From an uncultured Eubacteriales bacterium (lineage in GTDB: Bacteria; Bacillota_I; Bacilli_A; RF39; UBA660), in assembly GCA_963545265.1 (NCBI GenBank), contig CAUUHY010000002.1:12953-76952 (forward strand): 64,000 nucleotides of DNA. The letters run 5' to 3'. Positions 36,777 to 45,762 of the stretch are shown here, piece after piece (the first letter of the stretch is position 1; each line of letters opens with the position of its first letter). The position numbers and the translations under genes are program-made. The notes beneath the pieces were generated by a model. The model searched no databases. It had not been told where the DNA came from and saw only the letters and a program-made list of their open reading frames with translations.

Positions 36777-38942
36777 TTAATAATTATTACTCTTTTCTTT
36801 TAGTTTTTTTATTTCTTCTTTTAAATAAGTATTTCTTATACTAGATGTATTATTTTTAGCAGCTGTTTTTAAAATATTTTTATTACCTAATAAATATAGT
36901 TTTTTCTTAGCTCTAGTTATAGCTGTATAATAAAGCTTTCTATAAAGCATAATGCTATATGAAGTACTTAAAGGTATTATACAAGTTTTAAATTCACTAC
37001 CTTGAGATTTATGAATAGATATTGCATATGCTAAAGCAAACGAATTATAAGTACTTGATGTATATTTAACTTTATTACCATCAAAATCAATTATTATTTC
37101 TTTATCAGTAATTTTCTCTATTATTCCAATATCTCCATTAAAAACATTATTATCTGGCATATTAACCAGTTGTATTACCTTATCTTTTTCTCTATAAATA
37201 ACATCGTTTATTGTCTTTTCATTCTTTAAAATATCTTTTTTATTAAATACTTCTTGCAATACTTTATTTATGTTATTTATTCCATAACTTCCTTTATAAA
37301 GTGGAACTAATACTTGAAATTCTTTATAATCATCATTTATATGCTTGATTGCTATTTCTTTTAAAGAGTCTAATATATCTAAATCTTCAATAATGCTAAG
37401 TTCTTCATCACTTGTAAAATCATAATCTTTATTTTCATTAACTAGATATGCAAGTTTAACTATCGAAGATTCTTTAGCTTGACGATAAAGTTCTTTTAAA
37501 TAAACTACATTATCAACAGAAGATATAATATCAGCAAGTAAATTACCACTTCCAACACTTGGTAACTGGTCTTTGTCCCCTACTAAGATAATCTTTGTAT
37601 TATCTCTTAAAGCTTTAAGTAAAGATGCAAATAAACTATTATTGACCATAGAAAACTCATCTACTATGACAATAGATGCATCAGATTTATTATTTTCATT
37701 TAAACTAAATGTATTGCTATCTTTATTCCATTCTAAAAATCTATGAATAGTAGATGCTTCTTCTAGTGTTAATTCACTAAGTCTTTTACTTGCTCTTCCA
37801 GTAGGTGCTAATAATTTTATTTTACTCTTAGGATTTTCTTTTTTTAAAGCTCTATATATTCCGTATATTACTGTAGTTTTACCTGTACCTGGTCCTCCAG
37901 TTATAACTAAGAAGTTACTTTTTAAACTCTTTAAAATAGCATCTTTTTGATAAATATTATAAGAAATGTTTAACTTTTCTTCTATCTCTTCTACTATTTT
38001 TATATCTTTTTCTGTTATTTTTTTATTTTTTAGACGATTAACAACTTCTTTAGCAATATATACTTCATCTAAATAATCATTTGTTAAATAATATCTTTTA
38101 TCTTCTTTAATAATTAGTTTTTCATCTATTAAAATACTCATAATGGATAAAAATAACTTAATATCTATATCTTCTTTATTTATTTTTATAACATATTTAT
38201 ATAACTCATCTAAATATAAGAATATATGTCCTATACTTTCTGTTACTAATTTAAAAGTATAGATAATAAGAGATTTTAAACGAAGTTTGTCTGTTTTAGA
38301 ATATTTATTCATAAGTGCTATTTTATCTATCGTATTAAAAGAAATATCTAAATTAAAATATAAGTCATATAAATTTCTGCTTATTAGTTCATCTATATTT
38401 GATAAATATAAATTTGTTATTTTTAAAGCATCTGACATAGAAAAACCAATATCAGTCAGTTTTAATATATTGTTATATGTATTTTCATAAGATATTAAAG
38501 TATCGTGAAGAACATTAACATCTTTTATACTTATTCCTTTTACTTCAAAAAGTTTTTCACTATTATTTTTTATTATATCTAAAGATTCATCTTTAAATTT
38601 CTTATAAATATTAACTGCTTTTGTTATACCTATACCTTTAAATAAATCAGAAGATAAAAAGTTTACAATATTTTCTTTACCTTCTTTTTTTAATTTTTCA
38701 TACTTTACAACATTAAACTGTTCGCCAAACTTATTATGTTCAACTAAATGTCCATAAAGTTTAAATGTATCAAATTCTCTATTTTCAAGAAAATTACCAA
38801 CTACTGTAATAGTTTTATTTTTGTATTCTAATAAATCTGTGTCTTTAACTTTAAAAAGTGCTACTAAATAACCATTAGTACCACAAAATATATCTTTTCT
38901 AAATTCTCCAGTTACAAAATTCATATCTATATTATAGTACAA
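36777..38942 (-). CDS. recD2: ATP-dependent RecD2-like DNA helicase
   Basis: N-terminal OB/HhH region, GGPGTGKTT, VDEFSMV, VGDKDQLPSVG, ISIHKSQGSEF and YTAITRAKKKL. Confidence 0.88.
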   Translation of the reverse strand: MYYNIDMNFVTGEFRKDIFCGTNGYLVALFKVKDTDLLEYKNKTITVVGNFLENREFDTFKLYGHLVEHNKFGEQFNVVKYEKLKKEGKENIVNFLSSDLFKGIGITKAVNIYKKFKDESLDIIKNNSEKLFEVKGISIKDVNVLHDTLISYENTYNNILKLTDIGFSMSDALKITNLYLSNIDELISRNLYDLYFNLDISFNTIDKIALMNKYSKTDKLRLKSLIIYTFKLVTESIGHIFLYLDELYKYVIKINKEDIDIKLFLSIMSILIDEKLIIKEDKRYYLTNDYLDEVYIAKEVVNRLKNKKITEKDIKIVEEIEEKLNISYNIYQKDAILKSLKSNFLVITGGPGTGKTTVIYGIYRALKKENPKSKIKLLAPTGRASKRLSELTLEEASTIHRFLEWNKDSNTFSLNENNKSDASIVIVDEFSMVNNSLFASLLKALRDNTKIILVGDKDQLPSVGSGNLLADIISSVDNVVYLKELYRQAKESSIVKLAYLVNENKDYDFTSDEELSIIEDLDILDSLKEIAIKHINDDYKEFQVLVPLYKGSYGINNINKVLQEVFNKKDILKNEKTINDVIYREKDKVIQLVNMPDNNVFNGDIGIIEKITDKEIIIDFDGNKVKYTSSTYNSFALAYAISIHKSQGSEFKTCIIPLSTSYSIMLYRKLYYTAITRAKKKLYLLGNKNILKTAAKNNTSSIRNTYLKEEIKKLKEKSNNY

Positions 38943-38990
38943 GTTTTTAAAAATGAAAATTTATATTATAATATATTTAGGAGAAAAAAT

Positions 38991-39524
38991 ATGAAAATAA
39001 TAGATGGAGACAAATTCCAAAAAGAATATATAAAACAAGAAAAGAAAAATAATATTACTGAGATAATAATTGGTTTATTATTAATAATTCTAGGACTTGT
39101 TGGTTTAATATTAAAAACTAATATTTTATACACTGTAATTTCTATAGTTGTTCCTATAATTTTATTAGTATATGCTTATGAAAATTATATACATTATAAA
39201 GAATATAAAACTGTAGCAACAATAAAGATGATAATCTATATATCATTAGCTATTTTAATAGCATTTAATCCAGGATTAATTCCTACTCTTGGTATAAAAC
39301 TACTAGGAAGCTATTTGATTGTTAGATCAATATTTAGGATGTTAATATTGATAAATTACTCAGATATTATTAACAGATTAGATTTAATTAATTTAATACT
39401 TGGTATCCTAATAATTATACTTTCATCAGTTATATTTAATTTTATAAATATAATTATATTAATTACATGTATTGTAATGGGGATTAATTTAATAATTAAA
39501 AATATCGAAAAAGAAGAAAAATAA
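38991..39524 (+). CDS. small polytopic membrane protein (HdeD/DUF308-like)
   Basis: Five to six hydrophobic helices with GLLLIILGLVGL-type repeats. Weak family assignment. Confidence 0.4.
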   Translation: MKIIDGDKFQKEYIKQEKKNNITEIIIGLLLIILGLVGLILKTNILYTVISIVVPIILLVYAYENYIHYKEYKTVATIKMIIYISLAILIAFNPGLIPTLGIKLLGSYLIVRSIFRMLILINYSDIINRLDLINLILGILIIILSSVIFNFINIIILITCIVMGINLIIKNIEKEEK

Positions 39525-39540
39525 TTCTTCTTTTTATTTT
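39508..39540. terminator. bidirectional terminator between convergent genes
   Basis: Stem AAAAAGAAGAA / TTCTTCTTTTT with loop AAATAA. It overlaps both stop codons. Confidence 0.55.
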
Positions 39541-40424
39541 TCTTCTCTTGCTCTTGGATGAGCTTTAAAATATATTTCTTTTATTCTATCATCTGTTACA
39601 TGAGTATAAATTGCAGTAGCAGATATATTTTCATGACCTAACATTTCTTGAACCGATTCTAAGTCACATCCTTCATTTAATAAATGAGTTGCAAATGAAT
39701 GTCTTATCATATGGGGAGATATCTTTTTATCAATTGAAGTTTTCTTAATAAGTTTAGTTAATATATCCTCTATTCCTCTTCTAGTTATCTTATTTCCTAA
39801 ATGATTTAAAAATACATAATCTAAGTTATATTTATTTAAAAACAAATAACCATCATTTAAATAATCTTCTAAAGCATCAACTGCATATTCACCTAAGAAT
39901 ACTATTCTTTCTTTATTACCCTTACCTAATACTTTTATTTGTTTTTCACTAAAATTAATATCTTCTAATTTTATATTAATAAGTTCACTAACTCTTGTTC
40001 CAGTAGCATATAATACTTCTAAAATAGCTAAATTTCTTTGGCCTAAAGATGTCGATGTATCACATGCAGCAAATAATTCTTCAAGTTCATTATAATAAAA
40101 AAATCTAGGTAACTTTTGTTCTTTTTTAGGTAAATTTATCAATTTAAAGGGATTGTTTTTTATTTTTTCATTAAGTCTTAAATAAGAATAAAATCCTCTA
40201 AGTGAGCTTATCTTTCTAGATATAGTACTATTAGTATCTTTTTTATCATTTAAATAAGATAAGTATTTTCTAATAGAATCATAATCAATAGATAAATAAT
40301 TTTTGTTATTATTTTTTAAATATGAAAAATATTCATTTAAATCTCTTTTATATGCTTCTATAGTATTTTCTGAATAATTTTTATTTATTGATAATTCTCT
40401 TATATATTCATTTAAATCTTCCAT
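39534..40424 (-). CDS. xerC: tyrosine recombinase XerC-type
   Basis: ELSINKNYSENTIEAYKRDL N-domain, and catalytic residues in ATGTRVSEL, HMIRHSFATHLL and GHENISATAIYTHV. Confidence 0.82.
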   Translation of the reverse strand: MEDLNEYIRELSINKNYSENTIEAYKRDLNEYFSYLKNNNKNYLSIDYDSIRKYLSYLNDKKDTNSTISRKISSLRGFYSYLRLNEKIKNNPFKLINLPKKEQKLPRFFYYNELEELFAACDTSTSLGQRNLAILEVLYATGTRVSELINIKLEDINFSEKQIKVLGKGNKERIVFLGEYAVDALEDYLNDGYLFLNKYNLDYVFLNHLGNKITRRGIEDILTKLIKKTSIDKKISPHMIRHSFATHLLNEGCDLESVQEMLGHENISATAIYTHVTDDRIKEIYFKAHPRAREEK

Positions 40425-40436
40425 ATTTTTATTATA

Positions 40437-41219
40437 TCAAAAAAATACACTGTTTTTTATAACATATGTATTTTTAAGTGTAGTTAAATTATATAGTTGT
40501 AAATTTTTAATCTTAAAAGATTTTTCAGCTCTTTTTAAATAATTTTTATATTCTTCATATAAAAACTTTAATTCTCTTCCATAATAATATTTATTATCTA
40601 AACTCATATTATCATCTTCTAAATATTTTCTCCAAGATTCTAATGTTTCTTCATAAATTTCTCTCATATAAGTAACATTATGTAGAATTAATTTTAATCT
40701 TAAAATATCGATTACGCTTGTATACAAAGAATTTTGGTACAATTTAATCATCATTCCATGATCTTTTAATAATTTATATTCTTTTTTATTTTGAATTTTT
40801 ATCATGAAATTAAGAGTATCTTTTAATCTATCATTTTTTAAAAATAATTTTAAATATTTATTGTTTTTAGATGACCATAATAACTTTCTAGCTTTTTCAA
40901 ATTCAGTTATAGTTTCATTAGTTATATCTTTATTAATTTTTAAAGAGTTCTTTTCATTTAACAATATTTTTAATTCTTCTTTATAATCTTTATTTTCAAT
41001 ATAAAATAATTTTATTTCCCCACTATCAATCTTTTGCTTTTGTTTTAGAAAACGATCAATTTGTTCTTTATATTTAGGTATATTTTTAAGCTCATCTATA
41101 GAGGCATACTTCGACGTTAGTTTATCTATTGTATGTAAATTACTATCTTCTAAATTAATATAATCCATAGTATTATCATCATTTTTAATACTATAAATCA
41201 AAATTGCTTTAGATTTCAT
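40437..41219 (-). CDS. hypothetical protein (260 aa), distant paralogue of 47747-48532
   Basis: Collinear motif matches with the other copy (see findings). It ends 12 nt upstream of xerC. Confidence 0.5.
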   Translation of the reverse strand: MKSKAILIYSIKNDDNTMDYINLEDSNLHTIDKLTSKYASIDELKNIPKYKEQIDRFLKQKQKIDSGEIKLFYIENKDYKEELKILLNEKNSLKINKDITNETITEFEKARKLLWSSKNNKYLKLFLKNDRLKDTLNFMIKIQNKKEYKLLKDHGMMIKLYQNSLYTSVIDILRLKLILHNVTYMREIYEETLESWRKYLEDDNMSLDNKYYYGRELKFLYEEYKNYLKRAEKSFKIKNLQLYNLTTLKNTYVIKNSVFF

Positions 41220-41296
41220 CTTTTCCTCCTAGAAAATATGAAAATTATAGCATATTTTTAAAAAATATTCAAGTTTTATTCTTTTATCCCAAAATA

Positions 41297-41929
41297 TTAT
41301 TCATAAGTAGTCAATATTAATGAATTATCAACATATTCTCCAAGAAATACTTCACTATAGTTATTTATTTTTTTCTTATTTAATTCTTTCATAAGCCACT
41401 GTTCATCCTTACCTATTATATCTAATATATCAGTTTGGACTTGTCCGTCTGTAATAATTGGAAACTTTGGATTTTCTTCTCCTGAATGAATTATAATTAG
41501 TTGTCCGTTTTGTTCTATAACAGCTCTTTTAACAGTTTTAGTTGAGTAAATTCCATTAGTACGTAATTTAAAAGCTACATCATGAGCAGATAATCCTGAC
41601 TTTTTACAATTTTCAACATTTATTTTTCCATGATCAATTATAATTAATGCTTTACCATCTATTAACTGCTTAGCTTTTATACTACGTTTCTTTAGAAACT
41701 TTAAAGCTAATAAAAGTATTAACCAAATTATTAATATTACAACAAATTCATATATTTTTATATTATTGTTATATATAACTCCACCAATAATACCACCCAA
41801 AACATAATTTATAATTTGATCAGTAGCAGAATTAGGAGCTAAATTACCTTTGCCAGATATATTTATTATTATAACCATAGCAAAGAAACCAATTAATAAT
41901 TTTACTGTTATTAAAATAAATTGATTCAT
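41297..41929 (-). CDS. DUF421 (YetF-like) membrane protein
   Basis: Three N-terminal TM helices (ISGKGNLAPNSATDQIINYVLGG) plus a soluble C-terminal domain, as in YetF/YdfS family proteins. Confidence 0.68.
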   Translation of the reverse strand: MNQFILITVKLLIGFFAMVIIINISGKGNLAPNSATDQIINYVLGGIIGGVIYNNNIKIYEFVVILIIWLILLLALKFLKKRSIKAKQLIDGKALIIIDHGKINVENCKKSGLSAHDVAFKLRTNGIYSTKTVKRAVIEQNGQLIIIHSGEENPKFPIITDGQVQTDILDIIGKDEQWLMKELNKKKINNYSEVFLGEYVDNSLILTTYE

Positions 41930-42007
41930 GATTCTTATCTCCTTATTATATCAACTATTTATATTATAGTTTATAGTTTTAACATTATCAATTATTAAAA
42001 AACATAA

Positions 42008-42625
42008 CTAATAGTTATGTTTTTTGTTTTTAATTTTTATTCTTTTTTCTAATTCTTCTTCGTGTTTTTTAATTCTTAAAAACATTATTGCATTTTGATT
42101 TATTAAATCATGAGCTATAGATACAAAATTATAATAATCTTCATTAACTTTCGAATAATTTTTTCTTAAATATTCTTCATCTAATTCTAAACTTAATAGT
42201 TTTCTATTAGTATTTAATACATCTTCATATAATCTTAAATCCTCTTTATCAGAAGAATAATAATAAAGTTTTTTATATTTTATATCTCTTTTTTTTAGAT
42301 TATATATCTTTTCTTTTATAACTCTTAAATAAGCTTCGTAACTTAATTCAGATAAACATATATTATTTTTATTTAAAGTTTCAAAAGTTTTATTAAATGC
42401 ATATAAAAATGCAAGACTATTAACTCTTTCTTTTTCTTCATATATATTTTCTTCTCCAATTTTAGGAACTGTTCTTCTTATACCGCCGATTGCATTATAA
42501 GCAAACAATTTAAATAATTTTCTAAAATTTTTATCACCATCTTTATCTATATATTCAGCTTCTTGTTCTGATTCTTCTACATGAAATCCTGCTTCATCAT
42601 TAAAATTTTTCAATATCTCTTTCAT
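42008..42625 (-). CDS. hypothetical protein (205 aa)
   Basis: ORF lying 57 nt downstream of the AbiEi-like gene. No motif recognised. Confidence 0.45.
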   Translation of the reverse strand: MKEILKNFNDEAGFHVEESEQEAEYIDKDGDKNFRKLFKLFAYNAIGGIRRTVPKIGEENIYEEKERVNSLAFLYAFNKTFETLNKNNICLSELSYEAYLRVIKEKIYNLKKRDIKYKKLYYYSSDKEDLRLYEDVLNTNRKLLSLELDEEYLRKNYSKVNEDYYNFVSIAHDLINQNAIMFLRIKKHEEELEKRIKIKNKKHNY

Positions 42626-42682
42626 ATTTTGCTCCTAAAAAGTAAGAGTTATTATATAAAAAGGAATATTTATTGTCAAATT

Positions 42683-43243
42683 TTAAATACTTACATTTAT
42701 TGTTTTAAAGAAATCTCTTATTTCTTCTTTTTTGCTTTCTTCTAAATTTGCTATTATTTTCTTTAAAATTTTAGTATTTTTATCTCTATTATATATATCA
42801 AAACAAGATTTTTTTAAAGAATATGCAATAACTTTGTTATTTTTTTTAGTAGTAACTTCTTCTTTATCGTTATCAAAATTATTAATATTAACATAATGAA
42901 ATTTTAAATTCTTAGCTTTCTTCTTAATTCTATTAACATTATAACCTTGTGGTACTGTAATAGATATTTCTTTAGGTTCTACTTTTATATAATTATTTAA
43001 GTAAAGTGCAGTTTCATAAGAAAAAATTACCTTATTAGTATTTAAAGAAAGTAAATAATATATATCAATTAAATTATCATTTTTTGTATATATACCTTGC
43101 TTAACTCTTTTAATTCTTTTATCTTTAGCCATTAACGATAATATATGACGACTTATTCCCATAGACTCAGCTTGCTTAGTAGTAATAAAAGAATTGTTTT
43201 CAAGATATTCATTTATAATAATATTTTCTATTTGCATAACCAT
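42683..43243 (-). CDS. AbiEi-family antitoxin/transcriptional regulator-like protein
   Basis: N-terminal wHTH pattern ITTKQAESMGISRHILSLMAKDKRIKRVKQGIYT, then IFSYETALYLNNYI..EPKEISITVPQGYN. Both match the AbiEi N- and C-domain consensus as I recall it. Confidence 0.6.
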   Translation of the reverse strand: MVMQIENIIINEYLENNSFITTKQAESMGISRHILSLMAKDKRIKRVKQGIYTKNDNLIDIYYLLSLNTNKVIFSYETALYLNNYIKVEPKEISITVPQGYNVNRIKKKAKNLKFHYVNINNFDNDKEEVTTKKNNKVIAYSLKKSCFDIYNRDKNTKILKKIIANLEESKKEEIRDFFKTINVSI

Positions 43244-43289
43244 CTCTTTATTTGACTTATATCATACTCCATTAACTATATAAACTCAA

Positions 43290-43313
43290 GAAAAAAAGTT
43301 ACTTATGTAACTT
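43290..43313 (-). terminator. rho-independent terminator after parC
   Basis: On the minus strand, AAGTTAC-ATAA-GTAACTT is followed by TTTTTTT. It overlaps the parC stop. Confidence 0.6.
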
Positions 43314-45762
43314 ATATTTCTTTTAACATATTATCTATATTTTTAAGTTTTAAATCTAACTGTTCAAAATCAACTTCTTTTACTTCTATCTCTTCTTTTT
43401 CTTCTTTATACATATCTTTTAATTCTTTTGTAAATGAAGTTCCAGCTTGATCTAAATCTTTAATTGCAATATCACTTACTTTAATAGTTTTTATATCTTC
43501 ATCTATTAAAGAAATATTATCTTTATTAGTAACAAGTAAAGCTTTAATAGTATTATATTTATTAGTTTTAATTGTTCTTATTATCTTAGTACCTTTATTA
43601 GTTCTTTTAGCTTCTTTTATATCATCTAGTTTAATTCTTTTTAAAGTACCATTGTTAAACCCTATAACTATATAATTTTCTTCATTTATTGTATTACTAC
43701 TTACTACATAATCATCTTTTTCTAGTTTTATAGCTTTAACACCTTGAGATTTTAAACCTAAAAGAGGTATTTCTTCTGTATTAAATCTTAAAGCATAATT
43801 ATTAAATGTACTTAATATTATTTCTTCTTCAAGATTATTAACATCAACTAAGTTATCATTACTTCCTAATTTAATAGCAGTAAATGATTTAGAGTTTCTC
43901 TTAACCTCTAGATCTTTAACATTAATTTTCTTTATCATACCCTTTTTAGTAGTTAATACTAAGTATTTATCTTCTTTAAAATCATCTACTAAATAAGTTC
44001 TTACTACTTTTTCATTAACTTCTAAAGTTATAATATTACTTACATGTTTTCCTAATTCTTTATATGAAAAGTTTGGTATTTCATGAACTGGTAAATATAA
44101 GTAATTACCTAGATTTGTAAAGACGATAAGTGTTGATAAAGTTGTAGTTTTATAGATATTTAAGAAGTAATCATTATCTTTTAAATTTGGTTTATCAGTA
44201 GCGTTATAACTTCTAGTACTACTTCTTTTTATATATCCATCTTTTGTAACAGATACCACTACATCTTCTTCTGAAATCATATCTTTAGTATCTATTTTTA
44301 TCTCTTGAACTTCTTCTTCTATAAGAGTTTTTCTATGATGTCCGAATTCTTTTTTAATTCTTTTTAATTCTTCAATCATCACTTTTCTTAAAGTCTCTTC
44401 TTCATTTAATATCTTATTTAGTGCTGCTATAGTTAAATTTAATTTCTTTAATTCTTCTTCAAGTTCAACTACATCTGTATTAGTTAACTTATAAAGTTGT
44501 AACATAACGATAGTTTCTGCTTGATCTATTGAAAAATCAAATTCTTTTACTAAGTTATTCTTAGCATCACTTTTATTTTTAGATGCTCTTATTACTTTTA
44601 TAACTTCATCTAAAATAGAAATACATTTTACTAATCCTTCTACTCTATGAAGTTTAATTGAAGCATAATTTAAATCAAATTTAGTTCTTCTTATTACTAC
44701 TTCTTTATAATGAGTAATATATGCATCTAACATTTCAGTAATCGATAATAGTTTTGGTGTTCTATTAACTATTGCTACTGCATTATAATGAAATGTTGTT
44801 TGTAACTCAGTATTTTTATATAAATAATTTAAGATAAGTTCACTACTAGCATTTGCTTTTAATTCGATAACTATTCTTAAACCATCTTTATCAGTTTCAT
44901 CTCTTACTTCTGATATTCCATCTATTACTTTACTAAGTCTTATAGTATCTATTTTTTTTACTAAATTAGCTTTATTTACTTCAAAAGGAATCTCATTAAT
45001 AATTATTTTATTCTTTTCAACTTCTACTTTAGCTTTTACTACTATCTTACCTTTTCCAGTTCTATATGCTTTTTTAATCTCTTCTATTCCACATGCTATA
45101 GCTCCTGTTGGAAAATCTGGTCCTTTTATATATTTTAATAAATCTTCAAGTGTTGCAGATGGTTTTTCTATCTTCTTAATAGTTGCATCAATTACTTCTG
45201 ATAAGTTATGTGGTGCAATATTAGTAGCGTAACCTGCAGAAATACCATTAGATCCATTTACTAATAAGTTTGGATACTTAGCTGGTAAAACAGTTGGTTC
45301 TAAGTTAGAATCATCAAAAGTTAAAATCATTTCAACTGTATCTCTATCTAAATCTTTTAATAACTCCTCACTTATTTTTGAAAGTCTTGCTTCTGTATAA
45401 CGATATGCAGCTGGTGGATCACCATCTATTGACCCATTGTTTCCTTGCATATCAATATATAAAACATTTTGTTTCCAATCTTGACTCATTCTAGCCATTG
45501 CTTCATATATTGGAGTATCCCCATGAGGATGAAATTTTCCCATGACATTACCTACTGCAGCAGCGGACTTTTTATAAGCTTTATCATAAGTATTCTTATC
45601 TTTATACATTGAAAATAAAATTCTTCTTTGAACTGGCTTTAAACCATCTCTTGCATCAGGTATTGCTCTATCTTGAATAATATATTTAGAATAAGCCCCA
45701 AATCTTTCTCCCATGATATCGGATAAGGAATATTCATATATTTTTTTAAGTACTTCTTGCAT
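43312..45762 (-). CDS. parC: DNA topoisomerase IV subunit A
   Basis: GyrA/ParC N-domain (DGLKPVQRRIL, HPHGD, AAYRYTEARL). The position where GyrA carries the QRRGGKG box reads STRSYNATD, so there is no GyrA box. It is encoded directly after the B subunit. Confidence 0.82.
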   Translation of the reverse strand: MQEVLKKIYEYSLSDIMGERFGAYSKYIIQDRAIPDARDGLKPVQRRILFSMYKDKNTYDKAYKKSAAAVGNVMGKFHPHGDTPIYEAMARMSQDWKQNVLYIDMQGNNGSIDGDPPAAYRYTEARLSKISEELLKDLDRDTVEMILTFDDSNLEPTVLPAKYPNLLVNGSNGISAGYATNIAPHNLSEVIDATIKKIEKPSATLEDLLKYIKGPDFPTGAIACGIEEIKKAYRTGKGKIVVKAKVEVEKNKIIINEIPFEVNKANLVKKIDTIRLSKVIDGISEVRDETDKDGLRIVIELKANASSELILNYLYKNTELQTTFHYNAVAIVNRTPKLLSITEMLDAYITHYKEVVIRRTKFDLNYASIKLHRVEGLVKCISILDEVIKVIRASKNKSDAKNNLVKEFDFSIDQAETIVMLQLYKLTNTDVVELEEELKKLNLTIAALNKILNEEETLRKVMIEELKRIKKEFGHHRKTLIEEEVQEIKIDTKDMISEEDVVVSVTKDGYIKRSSTRSYNATDKPNLKDNDYFLNIYKTTTLSTLIVFTNLGNYLYLPVHEIPNFSYKELGKHVSNIITLEVNEKVVRTYLVDDFKEDKYLVLTTKKGMIKKINVKDLEVKRNSKSFTAIKLGSNDNLVDVNNLEEEIILSTFNNYALRFNTEEIPLLGLKSQGVKAIKLEKDDYVVSSNTINEENYIVIGFNNGTLKRIKLDDIKEAKRTNKGTKIIRTIKTNKYNTIKALLVTNKDNISLIDEDIKTIKVSDIAIKDLDQAGTSFTKELKDMYKEEKEEIEVKEVDFEQLDLKLKNIDNMLKEI

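Noticed and set aside
19928-40424. The two tyrosine recombinase genes might be phage or ICE integrases marking a mobile element.
   Set aside because: Both are ~296 aa with the Xer-type N-terminal domain and RHRY motifs. Neither has flanking direct repeats, an adjacent tRNA target, or excisionase or phage genes, and the genes between them are core housekeeping. One sits in the conserved xerD-deoB context. They are best read as chromosomal XerD and XerC.
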